Shown here one piece after another: positions 42,080 to 57,717 of a stretch of 64,000 nucleotides of DNA (the first letter of the stretch is position 1; the number at the start of each line of letters is the position of its first letter). The stretch comes from the human T2T-CHM13v2.0 reference genome, Homo sapiens: the NCBI RefSeq assembly GCF_009914755.1, contig NC_060927.1. One strand, 5' to 3'. The position numbers and the translations under genes were made by a program. The notes beneath the pieces are model-generated. The model made no database searches. It was not told the origin of the DNA and worked only from the letters and a program-made list of their open reading frames with translations.

Positions 42080-42755
42080 AAATGTAGGAGTCAGTCTTGA
42101 TCCCTTTCTACCATCAAATTTTGCTTCAATTTGACCACTTCCTAACAACCTAACCACAACTATGTTAGTCCTTGCCTGGCAGTTGCCTGATAATTGATCT
42201 CTCTTCTATTTCTTACCCATTACTCCCAGTAGTAGCCATAATGATGCCTTAAAATTAGATTATATCACTGTTTTGCTCAAAACCTGCAATAGCTTTATTT
42301 ATCTCTTGGATCAAAATTCAAAGGACTTACTATTTCTTGGAAGGTTCCAAGTGGCTAAGCCCAGCTTACCTCTCTAACCCAGTCATCAGTTAAACCTTCT
42401 GTTTTTCTCTTGGCTCCCAACTGTTCTGGCTTTTTTCCTATTCCTTGAACTTGGCCTTTAAACTTGTTCTTCTCTTTTCTTTTCTTAAATCTTTTCTCAA
42501 ATGCCATTTGAGCAAAGGGTTGAATGGTGAGCAAAGGATTGAGTAGTATGGGAAGAGGGCTTTACTCAACCTGTCCAAAATAGTCTTCCCAATTCATCAT
42601 GTTATATCCCCTTAACCTCCATTCTTTTCTTACTAGCATTAGTTAGTTGTATGTTTCCCCATAACAGTGTGGGTTCCATGAAGTCTATCTTGTTTACCAC
42701 TGTATGTATAATTTCTGTCCCATAGTTAGGAGTACAATAATTATTACCAACTGAA
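42080..42755 (+). mobile_element. L2 3' fragment
   Basis: taggagtcagtcttgat; gattatatcactgttttgctcaaaacctgcaatagctt; tctatcttgtttaccactgtat..catagttaggagtacaataa. Confidence 0.65.
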
Positions 42756-44420
42756 AGACCATTGTTTTTCTCATAAATAATCTTTTATTCCTGTTGCATT
42801 TATATTTTGTGCTTCTGAATGCCTTATGAAATTGTTTACTTTGATATATTTGCTTGAAATATATTGGTGACATTTTGACTTTTATATGAAAAGCTGTATT
42901 TAGGGGGAAAATGCTGATGGCTATTATAGTAAAATATTAGCCTTATAAACATTCAACACACATAGTTGGAATTAATAATTATTTAGCTACAGTTTTACAA
43001 GTTTTCTGTTTAATCTGATGAGCATATATTATCATCAGAAAAATTAAGACATCAGGAATAAGTTAAATATTTTATTGAAAACATATTTTGTGAGTATAGT
43101 CAGAAAGTTGATTCTATTTCTATTCATTCAAATTAATTTTTTAATATTCAAGAACAATAATGCCCCATCTTAAACTTTATCAAGTTAATCTCACTTTAAT
43201 GTAAGAATACGGTTATGTTTTTATTGTGGAAAGCTTTAACTTCTTAAGAACAACTTATTTTAATACTAAAAGTTTAGGTAGATATAGTAAAATATGAAAA
43301 ATGCAGACAAGCTTTAAGATAGCAGTTACATTTGAGCATGCCCATGGAATACAGTAGGGAATGTGACCTTTACTGGTATTTGTAAAACTGTAATTTTAAA
43401 GCAAAAAAAATGAAATTAATAAAATCAAAGTTTAACATTTGTTCATACATGGTGCTGGGCAAATTCTTGTCTGTCTCATATTATTACTTATAACTTTCGA
43501 TATGTTTTAAATATTTTTAATACAATGGAATATTTTTTAAAGATAATTGGTAATACTTTGTCATTTAAATTAATCTATAGCCTAGTAATGATTGGCTCTC
43601 TGTATAACTTGAATAAGCTTTCCGTTAAAGATAGTACATTTTTAAAAAACTTTAAATATATTTTAATCTACCTATTTCAGTATATGTATTTAAGTACTTT
43701 TCACACATTTTTGATACTATTTTTCTAAAATTGTTTGCTTTTTTTTACCTTCTATTACCTTTTCACAACTGAATACAGAATGTCTCAATTTAAGTGTCTA
43801 AGAACTAGAAAAAACATCAAATCTGAAACAGAAAATATGCATCTTAAATAAATTCAAATTGTTTTGATTGGGATGGGGCATAAATAAATGAAATACACGT
43901 AAAGAGAAAAAAGACAAGATTCACTTTTCAAAGTTTCTGTTCGTTTTAAATTTGCCCTTACTGTCTGTCAGTTTACAGCATTACAAAATGGTTACATTAT
44001 ATATTTATTTATTTATTGACCAATTGAATAGGATTATAAATATATAATGTAACCATTTTGTAATGCTGTAAATGTGGTCGAATTTCAGTAGCCAACGTAG
44101 AAAGTCCTGTCATGTTGAAGTGAATAAAATGACTGGGGTGAACATTCTGAGTAAGTCAGGAACTAATTGCCAATCAATAGTGAAACAACAAGTATGCCAT
44201 CATGAAATTTATACTCTAGCAGGAGATATTGAAAACAGGAGATTTCAATATTGTGAGATAAATGCAGTGCTGTGAAAAATACTGAGACCGTGAAATAATA
44301 GAGGAGGTGCCTATCTCAAACATACAGTTTAAGAAAGCTTTCTTAGGATAATTAGCATCTAACTGGGGACCTAAAGGAAAGGTAGGATTTAGTCAGGCAA
44401 AAAGTGGAAAGGCACAGATG

Positions 44421-44724
44421 TTTTATTTTCTTTGTTTTGAAAAGGGGGTTCACTCTGTCGTTCAGGCTGGAATAGAGTGTCATGATCATAGATCACCCTA
44501 ATCTTGAACTCCTGGGTTTAAGCAGTCTTCCTGCCTTAGCCTTCCAAGTAGCTAGGACTACAGGTGTGTGCCACCATGCCCAGCTAATTTTTTCAAAAAA
44601 ATTTTATAGTGATGAGGTCTCACTATGTTGCACAGGCTGGTTTTCAACTTCTGAACTCAAGTGATCCTCCTGCCTTGGCCTTCCAAAATGTTGGGATTCC
44701 AGGCATGAGCCACTGTACCTGGCC
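44421..44724 (-). mobile_element. AluJ
   Basis: catgatcatagatcacc..cttgaactcctggg..gaggtctcactatgttgc..gagccactgtacctggcc. Confidence 0.9.
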
Positions 44725-44878
44725 TTCTGTAGACATATTCACAAGTCCATAAGCAAGAGAGAGAACATAGTAACTTAAAAAAATGTAATATTGTTTAATA
44801 TGCTAGTGGCATGGTTTTTGAGGGAGAAGCAGTGTAAGGTAGAATTAGAAGAGTCTCCATTAAAGAATGTGGATTTTA

Positions 44879-45198
<320 letters not shown>

Positions 45199-47334
45199 TT
45201 AATTCTAAGAGAATGACATAATCCAATCACATTTAAGAAAGATGTCTGTGGCTGCAAATGCTGCTTCATCTTACTTTGTGTTATTTACTTGAATTTTTTT
45301 TCATAGAGAAGCTCTCTAATTTTCTAAACCCAGTCATATCCGCCTTATATAGTTTTCCTAGCACTTTGACTCAACCTTCGGAGCACATTTTTAATTACAA
45401 TGAAATAATAAATTGTGAGCTGAGATGCTCAGTGTCTGATTCTACCACCTGCATCATAAGATAGTAAGATCAAAGTGTCTGGTTTATTGCTGTACTCTCC
45501 GTGTCTTTTATGTACTAGTACTCAATAAGTATGTAATGAATAAGTAATCTATAGGGATCTAAGCACCATGAATAAGACAGTTTTCCAGATTAATAATTTA
45601 GCTAAAGATAACAAAAAAATCACTATTGATTTTAACCTCTTTTCTTCTCATTGTTTCCTTTCTGAATGCATTTAAAAAACATTTATTGAGGGCCTATCTG
45701 TGCCAAGAATTATAACTGAACCTAAGGAAGATAAGTGATGTGGTATGTGACTAATAGATAATTCAAAAAATAATGTCTATATTTCAAGCAAAGTTTGTAG
45801 TGGAGATATGATCAACAATGTTAAATATGCGCCTAATGATATGAATTTCTCTTATTACAACTTAAAAATATTTTTCATCGTATATGGATCTCTTGTACTC
45901 CAGAAGCTGCATTTCAACTTTCAAATTATTTTCATGCCGGCACAAAAGAATGCATAAATACAGTTTTTTTAAAGTATAGTTGCAGACCTGCTGTTTATAA
46001 TTTGTTAACAATGATAAAACACTATCCAAAATATCAGGGGATATTGATGAATTGTAGATATCTATCTTTTTGCTTTTCTTAAATATCTACTTAATTGTCT
46101 TGATTAATGACAAGTGAATGCTTATTTGGTAAAGTTTTAAGTCATGTAAAAATATTTTTAAGTAAAAAATATGATTTTAGACAACCGTTAGTAAATATTA
46201 TCATTGTTAAAAATACCATTCCTTTGTAAATAGCACCCACAAATGTACTTATAAAAGCACCTGCATTCAAATGGAATCTACTTAGTATTTTGGTTTTCAA
46301 AAAGGCAAAATTAATTCCAGCTCTTGAAGTTATAGTTTGTGTTTAATAGAGACGAAGCGTTCCGAATAGCCCAACTTAGTTAAATTTCACATAGGGTTTG
46401 AGGATACCGCTTCATAATGTTTGGCAAAGGCCAATGACAACATGGCAGAGTTTAGTAGAGAAAATCCTGTTAAAGGAAATAAGGTATTATTAAGAAATAA
46501 AAGAAAACTGAGAGAATCTTCTTGTTTGCTAGCAAAATTTGAAAATACATACATAATCTAGAGTAAAGTTGTATATTTTGATTTTTTTCATACTCTTTCT
46601 GTTGCTGAGACAGAAATTAAAAGTGTGTTGAAGAAAATAATCTACATTATTTTGTGAGAAAAGGAGAAAACTGTGAGGTAATAAAATAAAAATTTACTTT
46701 AGCAAAATGACATTCAGATTAGTTATTAAAATATGGAGAAAATGTTAGTGATAAAAAAACTTTTATGCAGGTAAGTTAATTAAATCTTTTGTCAGTAGTA
46801 ATTAAATATTAAATACTACTGTGATATTATTATTTAATATTATTATTAAATAGTACCATGATTGAATCTACTAGTTTATTAAAATTATGGGCATATCAAG
46901 GGATGGATTTTTAAAGCTAAAATGGTGATGAAATAAGGATATGTCATTTTAAAGGGAAACATGGGAAAAGAAAGTTAAAGTAAATGGCAAAGAACATTTA
47001 AAATCCAATGTAAGGAAAATGTCACAAATATTCAAATGTCTGTTTCTTTACTCTTAAGTTGTGCATTTCTTTATATGTATTAACTATTTGTATTTTAATG
47101 TTAATAAGAGGGTTCATTTCTGTAAGTGGTACATAAAGTAATTTAGGCTATTTTTCTATACCTAAAGTAAACCATTGTTCCCTAGTGGGAATTATGGAAT
47201 TACTGGCATAGTGCACAGGAATGATTACAGACTGCTATTATTTGGCTTGAATGGGAGGTGATGAGCAGAATAAATTCAAGGAACACATATTGTTTACCTA
47301 CTATTTTACCTATATTTTCAAATTGAATTTTAAG

Positions 47335-47700
47335 AACTCTGACAGTTATTTATTGTTATTCTCCGTTTACAGATAAGGAAACTGAAGCTCATAAAGTGTA
47401 GGACAGTATCTTCCATAACATCAATATCTGTCAGTGAGTCAGGGTTTAAATAAAAATATGCGTCATTCTAATACATGCCTTTCCCTTTATGCTATAGACC
47501 TCTCACAAGAGGTTGATAATCATAGCAATTGCAGCAGCAGTAGTAATAATTATAGAGATAGCACATACTTACTGTGCTCATTGTTCCAGGCATTGTTCTT
47601 AGCACTTTGTATAAATTCATTCTATTTAGTTTGAAAAATAACCCTATGAAATAGGTACTGTTTTATGCCAGTTTTATACATGAGAAAAAAACATCTGGGA
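47335..47700 (-). mobile_element. two adjacent MIR fragments
   Basis: tccgtttacagataaggaaactgaagctca; ttccaggcattgttcttagcacttt..aaccctatgaaataggtactgtt..ccagttttatacatgag. Confidence 0.75.
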
Positions 47701-48290
47701 GATAGGAATAACCATCATTGAATGTGTCGTATAGGTTTGTGTGATTCTAGAGATGCGAAGTGGTAAAATGCAGGTCTTTGATAAACTAAAATGTTAAAGA
47801 TGCTTTCTATTTCAATATGGTTTTAAATATATATCATCCTTTAACTAATTTATTATTTAAAATGCTGTTCATCAAGTGCTAAAAAGATTATGAAGTATTT
47901 AAGTCCTAAATAAAGAGAAGATGGAGGATAGACCAATCCATATTTATGGATGATTAAAGAATGTTGTGGAAATATTTGAGCTTCTTGGTTCCAGGGACAC
48001 ATAAAAGGAGTAATTAAATTTACCTTTTGATTTAGGATTTTGGGACAGAGCCTTTGGAAAGTGATCAACGTTGTAAATACATGTCTAACTGGAGATACTG
48101 ATCTATGTAAAACAGAAAGGAGTAATAGCATAATTGACAGTTCTCGTAATTATCTTCTTTGGGGAATCTCCTTTTTTTTGGTAACATCTTTACTATTTTT
48201 GTTAATATAGTACTATTGTTAGCATTAGCTGGCAGGTTAATAAAGATCCTAATGTACTTACTGAACATCTGGGGAAAAATACATGTAATA

Positions 48291-48368
48291 TAGGTTGGTG
48301 CAGAAATTATTTTGGTTTTTGCCATTGAAAGTAATGGCAAATCCACAATTACTTTTGTACCAGTCTAA
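48291..48368. mobile_element. MADE1 (Hsmar1-derived palindromic MITE)
   Basis: taggttggtgcagaaatt..ttttgccattgaaagtaatggcaaa..caattacttttgtaccagtctaa, flanked by TA at 48289-90 and 48369-70. Confidence 0.92.
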
Positions 48369-48922
48369 TAGTTTTGAAGAGACTCATAGAAAAAAACAAG
48401 GAGCTGGGGGAGAGAAACAGAAGAGACAGGGCCCAGTGTGGAGTGAGTAATGAGTAGATTGAAAGAGTTGTCCTCAAAGGGTAGGAAGTAAGTTGGGCCT
48501 AATATCATAGATTACGTCAAAGGTTATTCTTTTGATTAAAATGACTTATTAGCGCTTGAGAATATCATTTTTATAGGTCTTCAGAACGGAGTGCCAATGA
48601 GTTCAAAATACTAGTTAATCAGGAAATATAAGAATCCCAAGCAAATGGCAAAGACCTAATTTGAATAACCAATACAATTTGCAAAATGAGAAATCAAATT
48701 AAGTGTTTTATTCATTGACTTAAGTAGTCTAATGCCTGGTAATGTCCAAAGTGTGAAAGATTTACTATTTGTGAATCATTGCTGTGCTTTCAGTGGGCTG
48801 TAGTTTTCTGATTGCAGCTAAAGAATTTGCTTTCCTACAGATCTCCATTAATTTTCCTACGTCGTATCTTCTAACAGTTTTTTTCCATAGCCAGAATATT
48901 GTTCATATTGCAACCCAGTTTA

Positions 48923-49250
<328 letters not shown>

Positions 49251-49344
49251 GAATTTTTTTTCATTATAGTTTTTATTTCTCTCTCCAGTACAATTCCTAA
49301 TAGAAGTGCACAATGCTGTGGAAAAAAAATAAGCTTCCTGAGTA

Positions 49345-49815
49345 CCTCCACTTTCCCATCTTTGCAGGAGGCAGTGAGCCTGCTCCCATGCACAGTACAC
49401 CACTGCTACTACCTACAAACAACCACCATTTGAGAAAAACCACTGCGCTAAGGCTGTCTATAACCAAGGAATTCATACAGAGACTTGGACCCCTAAAAGC
49501 ACCCAGAAGCAAAGGCAAAGAATCCACCCAACATTCATTACACTCACACCCTGAAAGGGAAAAAAAAAATGTCTCACCGAACAAAAGTAAATTCAAAAAT
49601 AAAAATGACAGCCTCCCCGGGTGAGAAGGAACCAGTGTAAGAACTCTGGCTTCATGAAAAAATAGTGTTATGACACCCCCAAAGGATAATAGAAGCTCCA
49701 TAGCAATGGATCCTAACCAAAATGAAAATTCTGAAGTGACAGATAAGGAATTTGAAAGATGGACTCTAAGGAAGCTCAGTAAAATCCAAGAGAAAGTTGA
49801 AAACCAGCAACAAAA
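49345..49815 (+). mobile_element. isolated L1 5'UTR/ORF1-start fragment (L1PB/L1MA-like)
   Basis: gagaaggaaccagtgtaagaactctgg; TPPKD..AMDPNQNENSEVTDKEFERWTLRKLSKIQEKVENQ is homologous to the ORF1 N-terminus at 18733-19035. Confidence 0.8.
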
Positions 49816-52800
49816 CTTACGTCTAAAAAATCATGAAAAATTACTTATCCTTACTACTTTATATGTTTTTAGCACCCTCCCTCTACCCCCATCCCACCTT
49901 TACAATCATGATGAACTAAATTATTTTGTTAACCTAATCATGATTGAGATTTTCATTGCATAGAGATTGGAACACAAAAAAGGATTATAAATCATAGATA
50001 GTAATAACTGTATGTTAGAGATTTACTCAGATGCTAGAGATTGAAGTAAATTTTTGAAGGGAAAAGGCAACTAATGGCATATTTTCCAAATGGATAAAAT
50101 TATATTCTAAGTTTACATATTAAACTTTTATAGTCTAATGTTATTAACACATGAAAATGTATACTTTTAAAACCGTTGCTTTATGATTTAGATAGTTGTG
50201 TTATATTAAGAGAAGTTGTACTGTTAGTGACAGTTAATATATAAAGGCATTACGTATTGGATACAATTTCTTTATATTATAGAATTCCTTGACCATTCAG
50301 TGATGGTAGGCAATGTGCAAGGCAGCAAAGAGATAGGAGTAGGGAATGCATTAGAAATCAAATACAGTGCAATTTTATACTTTGGGAACTTACTTTTATA
50401 AGGCTTTTTGAAATTGAGTTTTAATAATATTTTATTTAAGGTAATTTATAGTTGGTTTTAATGTTATTTTATGGGAAAAATATGTATTTCAAACTTGGGC
50501 TTTAAGTATGTACAAAACATATAGGAAGGTATAACTATTTTTTTTAAATGCTTGAGGTATGTGCTAGAAACTCTTTGCAAAGGGATTTTGATACACAGCA
50601 TTTTGTACAGGCTCTCATAAAGAAAATTAATGTTTGCGCTTAAAAGTAAATAAGTGATCAGAAAAACACAATTTCAGTTCTAACCTACTAGAAAAATGTT
50701 TGTAGCTATAAAACTTAAATTACTTATGATATCACTGACACTGTAATATTTTATACAGTCGATAGCAGAGAAATTAGAAAGTTCATTATTTTGAAATCTT
50801 AAATCATAATTGAGTATTTTATAGTTAAGCATATGCTGTCACAATTTCTTTAAGACAAATTTTGTTGTTAACATAAAATCAAATGTTACTCCTTATTGAC
50901 TCTACTGTATTATTCATAAATAAAATATGGGCAACTGTGGAACGTAGCCGCTTTTAATAAGTGTGTAATGGAAAAAAGCCTACTCTTTGCTATGTTGAAT
51001 GATATGTTGTATTTTTATGTTAATATCAAGAGTAATAATTAGATCATCTGTTAGTATACTACACTGAAAACCAAGGAAAATATAAAGTATCATGAACTTC
51101 AAAATTAGAAAAACTTTTCAAGAATGACAAAATCACATAGATTTAAGTTTGAGAGCATGGATTAAATGTACACACATATACATAAAATGTAAAATAAAAG
51201 AAGTTTTAGAATTCAATTAAAGTTTGTGACAGGACAGTAGATTCCATAGAAATTCATAAAAGTACATTAATATTATCTACAAAGGAGTGTTGTCTCTTGC
51301 TTAAAAATGACTCATTTAGTTACTTCATTTAATTTAGCTTTAGGGAATATTTTTTATATTTATGTCTATTTCAATAGGAGAAACCATCTTTTTTAAGTCT
51401 ATTGAGGCAGGGGTTATAATTGACTGTAATAACTTGTAGGTATCGGATACTATTTAAAGTTTCATAGATATAGAAATCTATGCCTTTGGCCAAAGTAGAA
51501 ATGTGTGTCCATCTCCAATAATACTTTTCTTAATATTTCTTCATTTGACAAATCACTTTGCTGCAAGCCTTTTGTGCTATTAAGTACAGCTGTATTTTTT
51601 TCTTTATTTTTCATTCTGTTAGTTCCAAGTGTTATTTAACTTTACAGGAGGAGAAAAGGAGTGCATAAAAGTCATAGTACATTTTTTAGAGCATATCTCA
51701 AAAGATCGAAGTTCTCCTTTGCTAATTACCCAGTTATTTTATTCAAATAATCAATTTAAAATAATTGTAAGTATTAATAAAACCTAAAACCATATGCTTC
51801 TAGGACAAACAACAGGCAAGTAAATGACTTTGGAGCAGGCCGAGATTTCTTAAAGACTACTGAAAATACTTGCATTACAAATCATGTTAGGGAGATAAGG
51901 GAAAAGGCAACAGAAGTCAATTTTATGTTTTTCTTTTAATCATAATAAATGATTGGTAAAGGAAAACATTAATAACCTTTAGTGAAGCTATTTTGTGCTT
52001 CTGTGAACTTTCATTTTTAGTGACCTCTCTTCCTACAGCCAAAGATGATTGAATTTAAACTTAAGTAAGATCAAATTAATTGATAGAAAAAGGGACTATT
52101 TATGGAAAAAGAAAAGGTACAGCAGATTTAAGGGCATAACATTCATCTGTCTATTAGAAAAATGCCCTTATATTATACTACAGTTTAGGGAAAGTAGCAA
52201 AAAATATTAAACAAAATGAAAACCTGCATTAATTTATTCAGTGCACAATGTATTTACTGAATGTTTACTTTAGTGCCAAAGACCCAATCTTCAGGGGTTC
52301 TTAAAAGGTGATGTCAAAATTCTCTTGGTCAATTAAGTTCTATTTACAAAAACAAATCAACCAGTAAACATATTTCTATTTAGATCCTTTTATTGATATG
52401 TAGCTCTTTCTTTCATCACTTAATTACCCGTATTACAGAAACCTGTAAGGATTGTGTGTGTGTGTATGTATACCTATAACTCATTATATTTTAATATGTA
52501 TATACATTTTAGGATGTATATATGTCAATCGGTATATTTGTGTGTTTTAGAGAATTCCCCCACTTATTTAAATAACTCCATTAAATGGCTTGAACTTAAA
52601 TAAAATTTCTTGTTCTCTGCAATGAAAATTTAAATAATTGGAATTCACAGACATTATAGAATAGAAATAATTTGTTCTAGTTTTAAATAGAATTTGAAAC
52701 AGTAGTTTATATAGCCTTTAAGGGGAACAAAATTTTATTTAATCCAAAATTGTATGGATTATCAGAGAACCCTACAAGTTATCTTTGCCCAGAATTCTTT

Positions 52801-53373
52801 AAGACTGTTAATTACCTGTGTAAGAAAAGAGTTAATTCTCATGCAGATATCTAATAATACTGTCTTTGTTTAGACCAATTACATTATACTTTAAGACTAA
52901 GGACTATGCGTATAACTATATCTCAAAAAATATTTAGGAAAATACACGTAGCAAAAACTCAATTATGGTAGTGGTATATGTGATTTTAATTTTCCTTCAT
53001 GATAGGCAGTATAGTGTAACTTTCTGAAAGTCACTAAATGAAAATCAGTAAGTACTTTTTTTTCAGATCATACATAAATAGAAGAGCATATTAGCTACAT
53101 AAATCCTTTTATATTTTTAATTATGATATTAATATTTTTCAAATATGTTTGATAAAACATTTTTTAAAACTTTAAAAGTATCCAGAAAACTTAAACATAA
53201 ACATTTAAATCATGCATTTTAAAGATGATTGCTTTTCTCCTAAAGTGTGTTGTTAAAATATTCCTGATTGTCATAAATTGGGAATGGGTAATCTCTCAGT
53301 GCCTTCATAAAACTCTATTCAACTTAAATGACTGAAGATTATGACATAAATTAATTTTCAGAGATAGTTTTGA

Positions 53374-53694
<321 letters not shown>

Positions 53695-53999
53695 TGATGC
53701 ACGGTTTGTGTATTTGTGATAACACAGAAGCCAGCTTGATGGGGCTGATGTGACAATTTAAATAACTAGAAGAATAATGTGAATCAACTGAAGTTGATTG
53801 AAACACATTAATTATATTAAAATAAATGAGTCTACCTTAATGTCTAGAGAGAGAGAGAGAGAGAAAAAGAGAATGCCAAAACAGAAAGCCTTTTTAAGAA
53901 AAGCCTTTTAAGAAAAATATTAGCTATTGTACCAAAAATTTGTAATTAAGGAAAGAATTAAAAACATCTATGTTCATTTTCTGGTAGGAACTCTATTTC

Positions 54000-54420
54000 T
54001 GGTTAGCCAGATGGTTCCAGTTGATGAGAGACAGCATTCATTACAAAAAATGCCTCCTGCTAAATAAAGAAGTAATGATAGAATTAGAAACCACTGTTTT
54101 TCAGAACTTAAAAGAATAATTAATTCAGCAAAGATTGTCAAAGAATGGTAAAATCACTAAGTGAAATGATTGAGGGAAAGAACTGTTCAGATGAAAAAGG
54201 AAGAAACGTTACCAAATGTGGGATGTAGACCTTGACTGGATAGGTAAATTTGAAAATAGACTACATTTTTCAGATAGCATTAAAAAATTGTCAGTTTTAT
54301 TACATGTGAAAATTTATATAAGAATCTGTATTTTTCAGAGTCTGATTAAAGAATTTAGAATTAAAATGTTATGATATCTAAAATTTACTTTAACAAATGA
54401 TAAAAATGTATGATATTTGT
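54000..54420 (+). mobile_element. old L1MC/ME 3' fragment
   Basis: ccagatggttccagttgatgag..gctaaataaagaagtaatgatagaattagaaaccac resembles L1MC 3' sequence. Confidence 0.45.
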
Positions 54421-57416
54421 AATCATTAAATCAAAGCAATGCAATTCATTCCACTTTTTTTTTTCCGACTTTGAAGTTCAGGGCTATGTGTGCAGGATGT
54501 GCAGGTTTGTTACATAGATAAACATGTGCCATGGGGTTTACTGCACAGATTATCCCATCACCTATGTATTAAGCCCAGCATCCATTAGCTATTCTTCCTG
54601 ATGCTCTCTATCCCACCAAGCCCTGTCCCACAGGCCCCAGTATGTGTTGTTTCACCGCAAGTTTCCATGTGTTCCCATCATTCGTGTCTCACTGTTAAGT
54701 AAGAACATGCAGTATTTGGTTTTCTGTTTGTGTGTTAGTTTGCTTCCAATTCCATTCATGTCTTTGCAAAGGACATGATTTCATTCTTTTTTATGGCTGC
54801 ATAGTATTCCATTGTGAATATATGTCAAATTTTCTTTATCCCATCTATCATTGATGAGCATTTAGGTTGATTCCATGTCTTTGCTCTTGTGAATAGTGCT
54901 GCAGTGAACATACGCATGCATGTATCTTTATAATAGATTGACTTATATTCCTTTGGGTGTATACCCAGTAATGGGATTGCTGGATCAAATGGTATTTCTG
55001 CCTCTAGATCTTTGAGGAATTGCTACACTGTCTTCCACAATGGTTGAACTAATTTACACTCCCACCAACAATGAAAAAAACATTTTTCCTCCACAACCTA
55101 ACCAGCATCTGCTATTTTTAAATTTTTTAAATAATTGCCATTCTGACTGGCGTGAGTGGTATGTCATTGTGGTTTTGATTTGCATTTCCCTAATGATCAT
55201 TGATGTTGAAAAGTTTTTTACATATAGTTGTTGACTGCATGCATGTCTTCTTTTGAGAAGTGTCTGTTCATGTCCTTTGCCTACTATTTAAGGTTTTTTT
55301 TTTTCCTTTAGTTTCTTTAAATACCTTGTAGATGCTGGATGTTAGACCTTTGTCAGATGGATAGATTGTGAAATTTTTATCCTATCTTGTAGGTTGTGTG
55401 TTCACACTGCTGATAGTTTCTTTTGCCATGCAGAAGCTCTTAAGTTTAATTAGAGCTCAATTTTTTCTTCTTTTGCAGTTACTTTTGGCATCTTCATCAT
55501 GAAATATTTGCTTGAGCCTGTGTCCTGAATGGTATTCCCTAGATTTTCTTCTAGAGATTTTATAGTTTTGGGTTTCACATTTAAGCCTTTAATCCATCTT
55601 GAGTTGATTTTTGTGTATGGTTTGTAAGGAAGGAGTCCAGTTTCAGTTTTCTGTATATGGCTAGCCAGTTCCCCCAATACCATTTATTAAATAAGGAATC
55701 TTTCCCCATTGCTTGTTTTAGTCGGGTTTGTTGAAGATTCGATGGCTTAGTTGTGTGATCTTATGTCTGGTTTCTCTATTCTGTGGGTTCTTTACTTGGT
55801 TACATTGGTCTATGTGTCTGTTCTTGTACCAGTACCATGCTGTTTTTGTTACTCTAGCCTAGTAGTATAGTTTGAAGCCAGATAGTGTGATACCTCTAGA
55901 TTTTTTCTTTTTCCTTGGGATTGTTTGGCCATTTGGGCTCTTTTTAAAGTAGTTTTAAAAAATAGTTTTTAAATAGTTTTTCTAAATCTGTGAAGAATGT
56001 CAGTGGTAGTCTAATGGAAATAGCCTTGAATCTATAAATTGCTTTGGGAGATATGGCCATTTTCACAATGTTGTTTCTTCTTCTCTATGAGCATGGAATG
56101 TTTTCCATTTGTTTGTGTCGTCTCTGATTTCTTTGAGCAGTATTTTGTAGTTCTCCCTGAAGAGGTCCTTCACTTCCCTTATTAGCTGCATTCCTAGTTT
56201 TATTCTTATTTTGGCAGTTGTGAATGGGAGTTCATTCATGATTTGGCTCTCTGCTTGCCTGTTGTTGGTGTATAGGAATGCTAGTGATTTTTGCATATTG
56301 ATTTTGGATCCTGAGATTTTACCGAAGTTGCTTATCAGCTTAAGAAGCTTTTTGGCTGACCAATGGGATTTTCTGGATAAGGGATCATACCATCTGCAAA
56401 CAAAGATAGTTCGACTTCCTCTCTGAATACCCTTTATTTTTTTCTCTTGCTTGATTGCCCTGGCCAGAACTTCCAGTACTATGTAGAATAGGAGTGGTGA
56501 GAGAGGGCATCCTTGTCTTGTGATGGTATTCAAGGGAAATGCTTCCAGCTTTTGCACATTCAGTATGATATTGGCTGTGGGCTTGTCATATATGGCTCTT
56601 ATTATTTGCAATATGTTCGTTTAATACCTAGTTTATTGAGAGATTTTAACATGAAGGAATATTGAATTTTATTGAAGGCCTTTTCTGCATCTATTGAGAT
56701 AATCGTGGTTTTTGTCTTTAGTTATGTTTATGTAACTATGCAACATATGCAAATCACCTTTACTGATTTGCATATGTTGAAACAACCTCCTGAAGCCAAC
56801 TTAATTGTGGTGGATAATTGTTTTGATGTGCTGGTTTGGATTCGGTTTGCCAATATTTTACTGAGGATTTTTGCATCAATGTTCATCAAGGATATTGGCC
56901 TGAAGTTTTCTTTTTTTGTTGTGTCTCTGATAGGTATATATGTTTTGGTATCAAGATGATGCTGGCCTCATAGAATGAGTCAGGGAGGAGTCCCTCCTTT
57001 TTAATTTTTTGGAATAGTTTCATTAGAAATGTTACAGCTCTTTTTTGTGCCTCTCATTAAATTCAGCTGTGATTCTATCTGACACTGGGCTTTTTTTGTT
57101 TGGTAGGCCATTTATTACTCTCTCAATTTTGAAACTCGTTATCAGTCTATTGAGAGATTCAATTTCTTCCTGGTTCAGTCTTGGGACAGTGTATGTGTCC
57201 AGAATTTATCCATTTCTTCTAGATTTTCTAGTTTATTTGCATAGAGATGTTTATAGTATTTTCTGATGGTTGTTTGCATTTCTGTGGGGTCAGTGGTGTT
57301 ATTTCCTTTATCATTTCTGACTATTTGAATCTTCTCTTTAGTCTTCTTTATTAGTCTAGCTGGTGGTCATTCAATTTTATCATTTTTTTTCAAAAAACAA
57401 GCTCCTTGATTTGCTG

Positions 57417-57717
57417 TTTTTTTTTTTTTTTCCCAAGACAGAGTTTTGCTCTCATTGCCCAAGCTGGAGTGCAGTGACGTGATCTTGGCTCACTGCAACT
57501 TCTGCCTCCTGAGTTCAAGTGATTCTCCTGCCTCAGTCTTCTGAGTAGCTGGGATTACGAGCGCCTGCCACCATGCCTGGCTAATTTTTGTAATTTTAGT
57601 AGAGGTGGGGTTTCACCATGTTGTCCAGGTTGGTCTCAAACTTCCGACCTCAGGTGATCCACCTGCCTTGGCCTCCCAAAGTGCTGAGATTACAGGTGTG
57701 AGCCATCGTGCCCAGCC
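57417..57717 (-). mobile_element. AluS (Sq-like) in L1
   Basis: gagttttgctctcattgccc...gagccatcgtgcccagcc. Confidence 0.93.

Noticed and set aside
46793-46821. AT-rich hairpin cagtagta...tactactg (similar micro-repeat/hairpin at 35354-35397)
   Set aside because: Short and low-complexity; within chance or slippage expectation.
51648-51766. Possible exon (tttacAG ... ATT|GTAAGT) encoding GEKECIKVIVHFLEHISKDRSSPLL
   Set aside because: 119 nt, intron-like AT-rich composition, mediocre sites and no recognisable protein.
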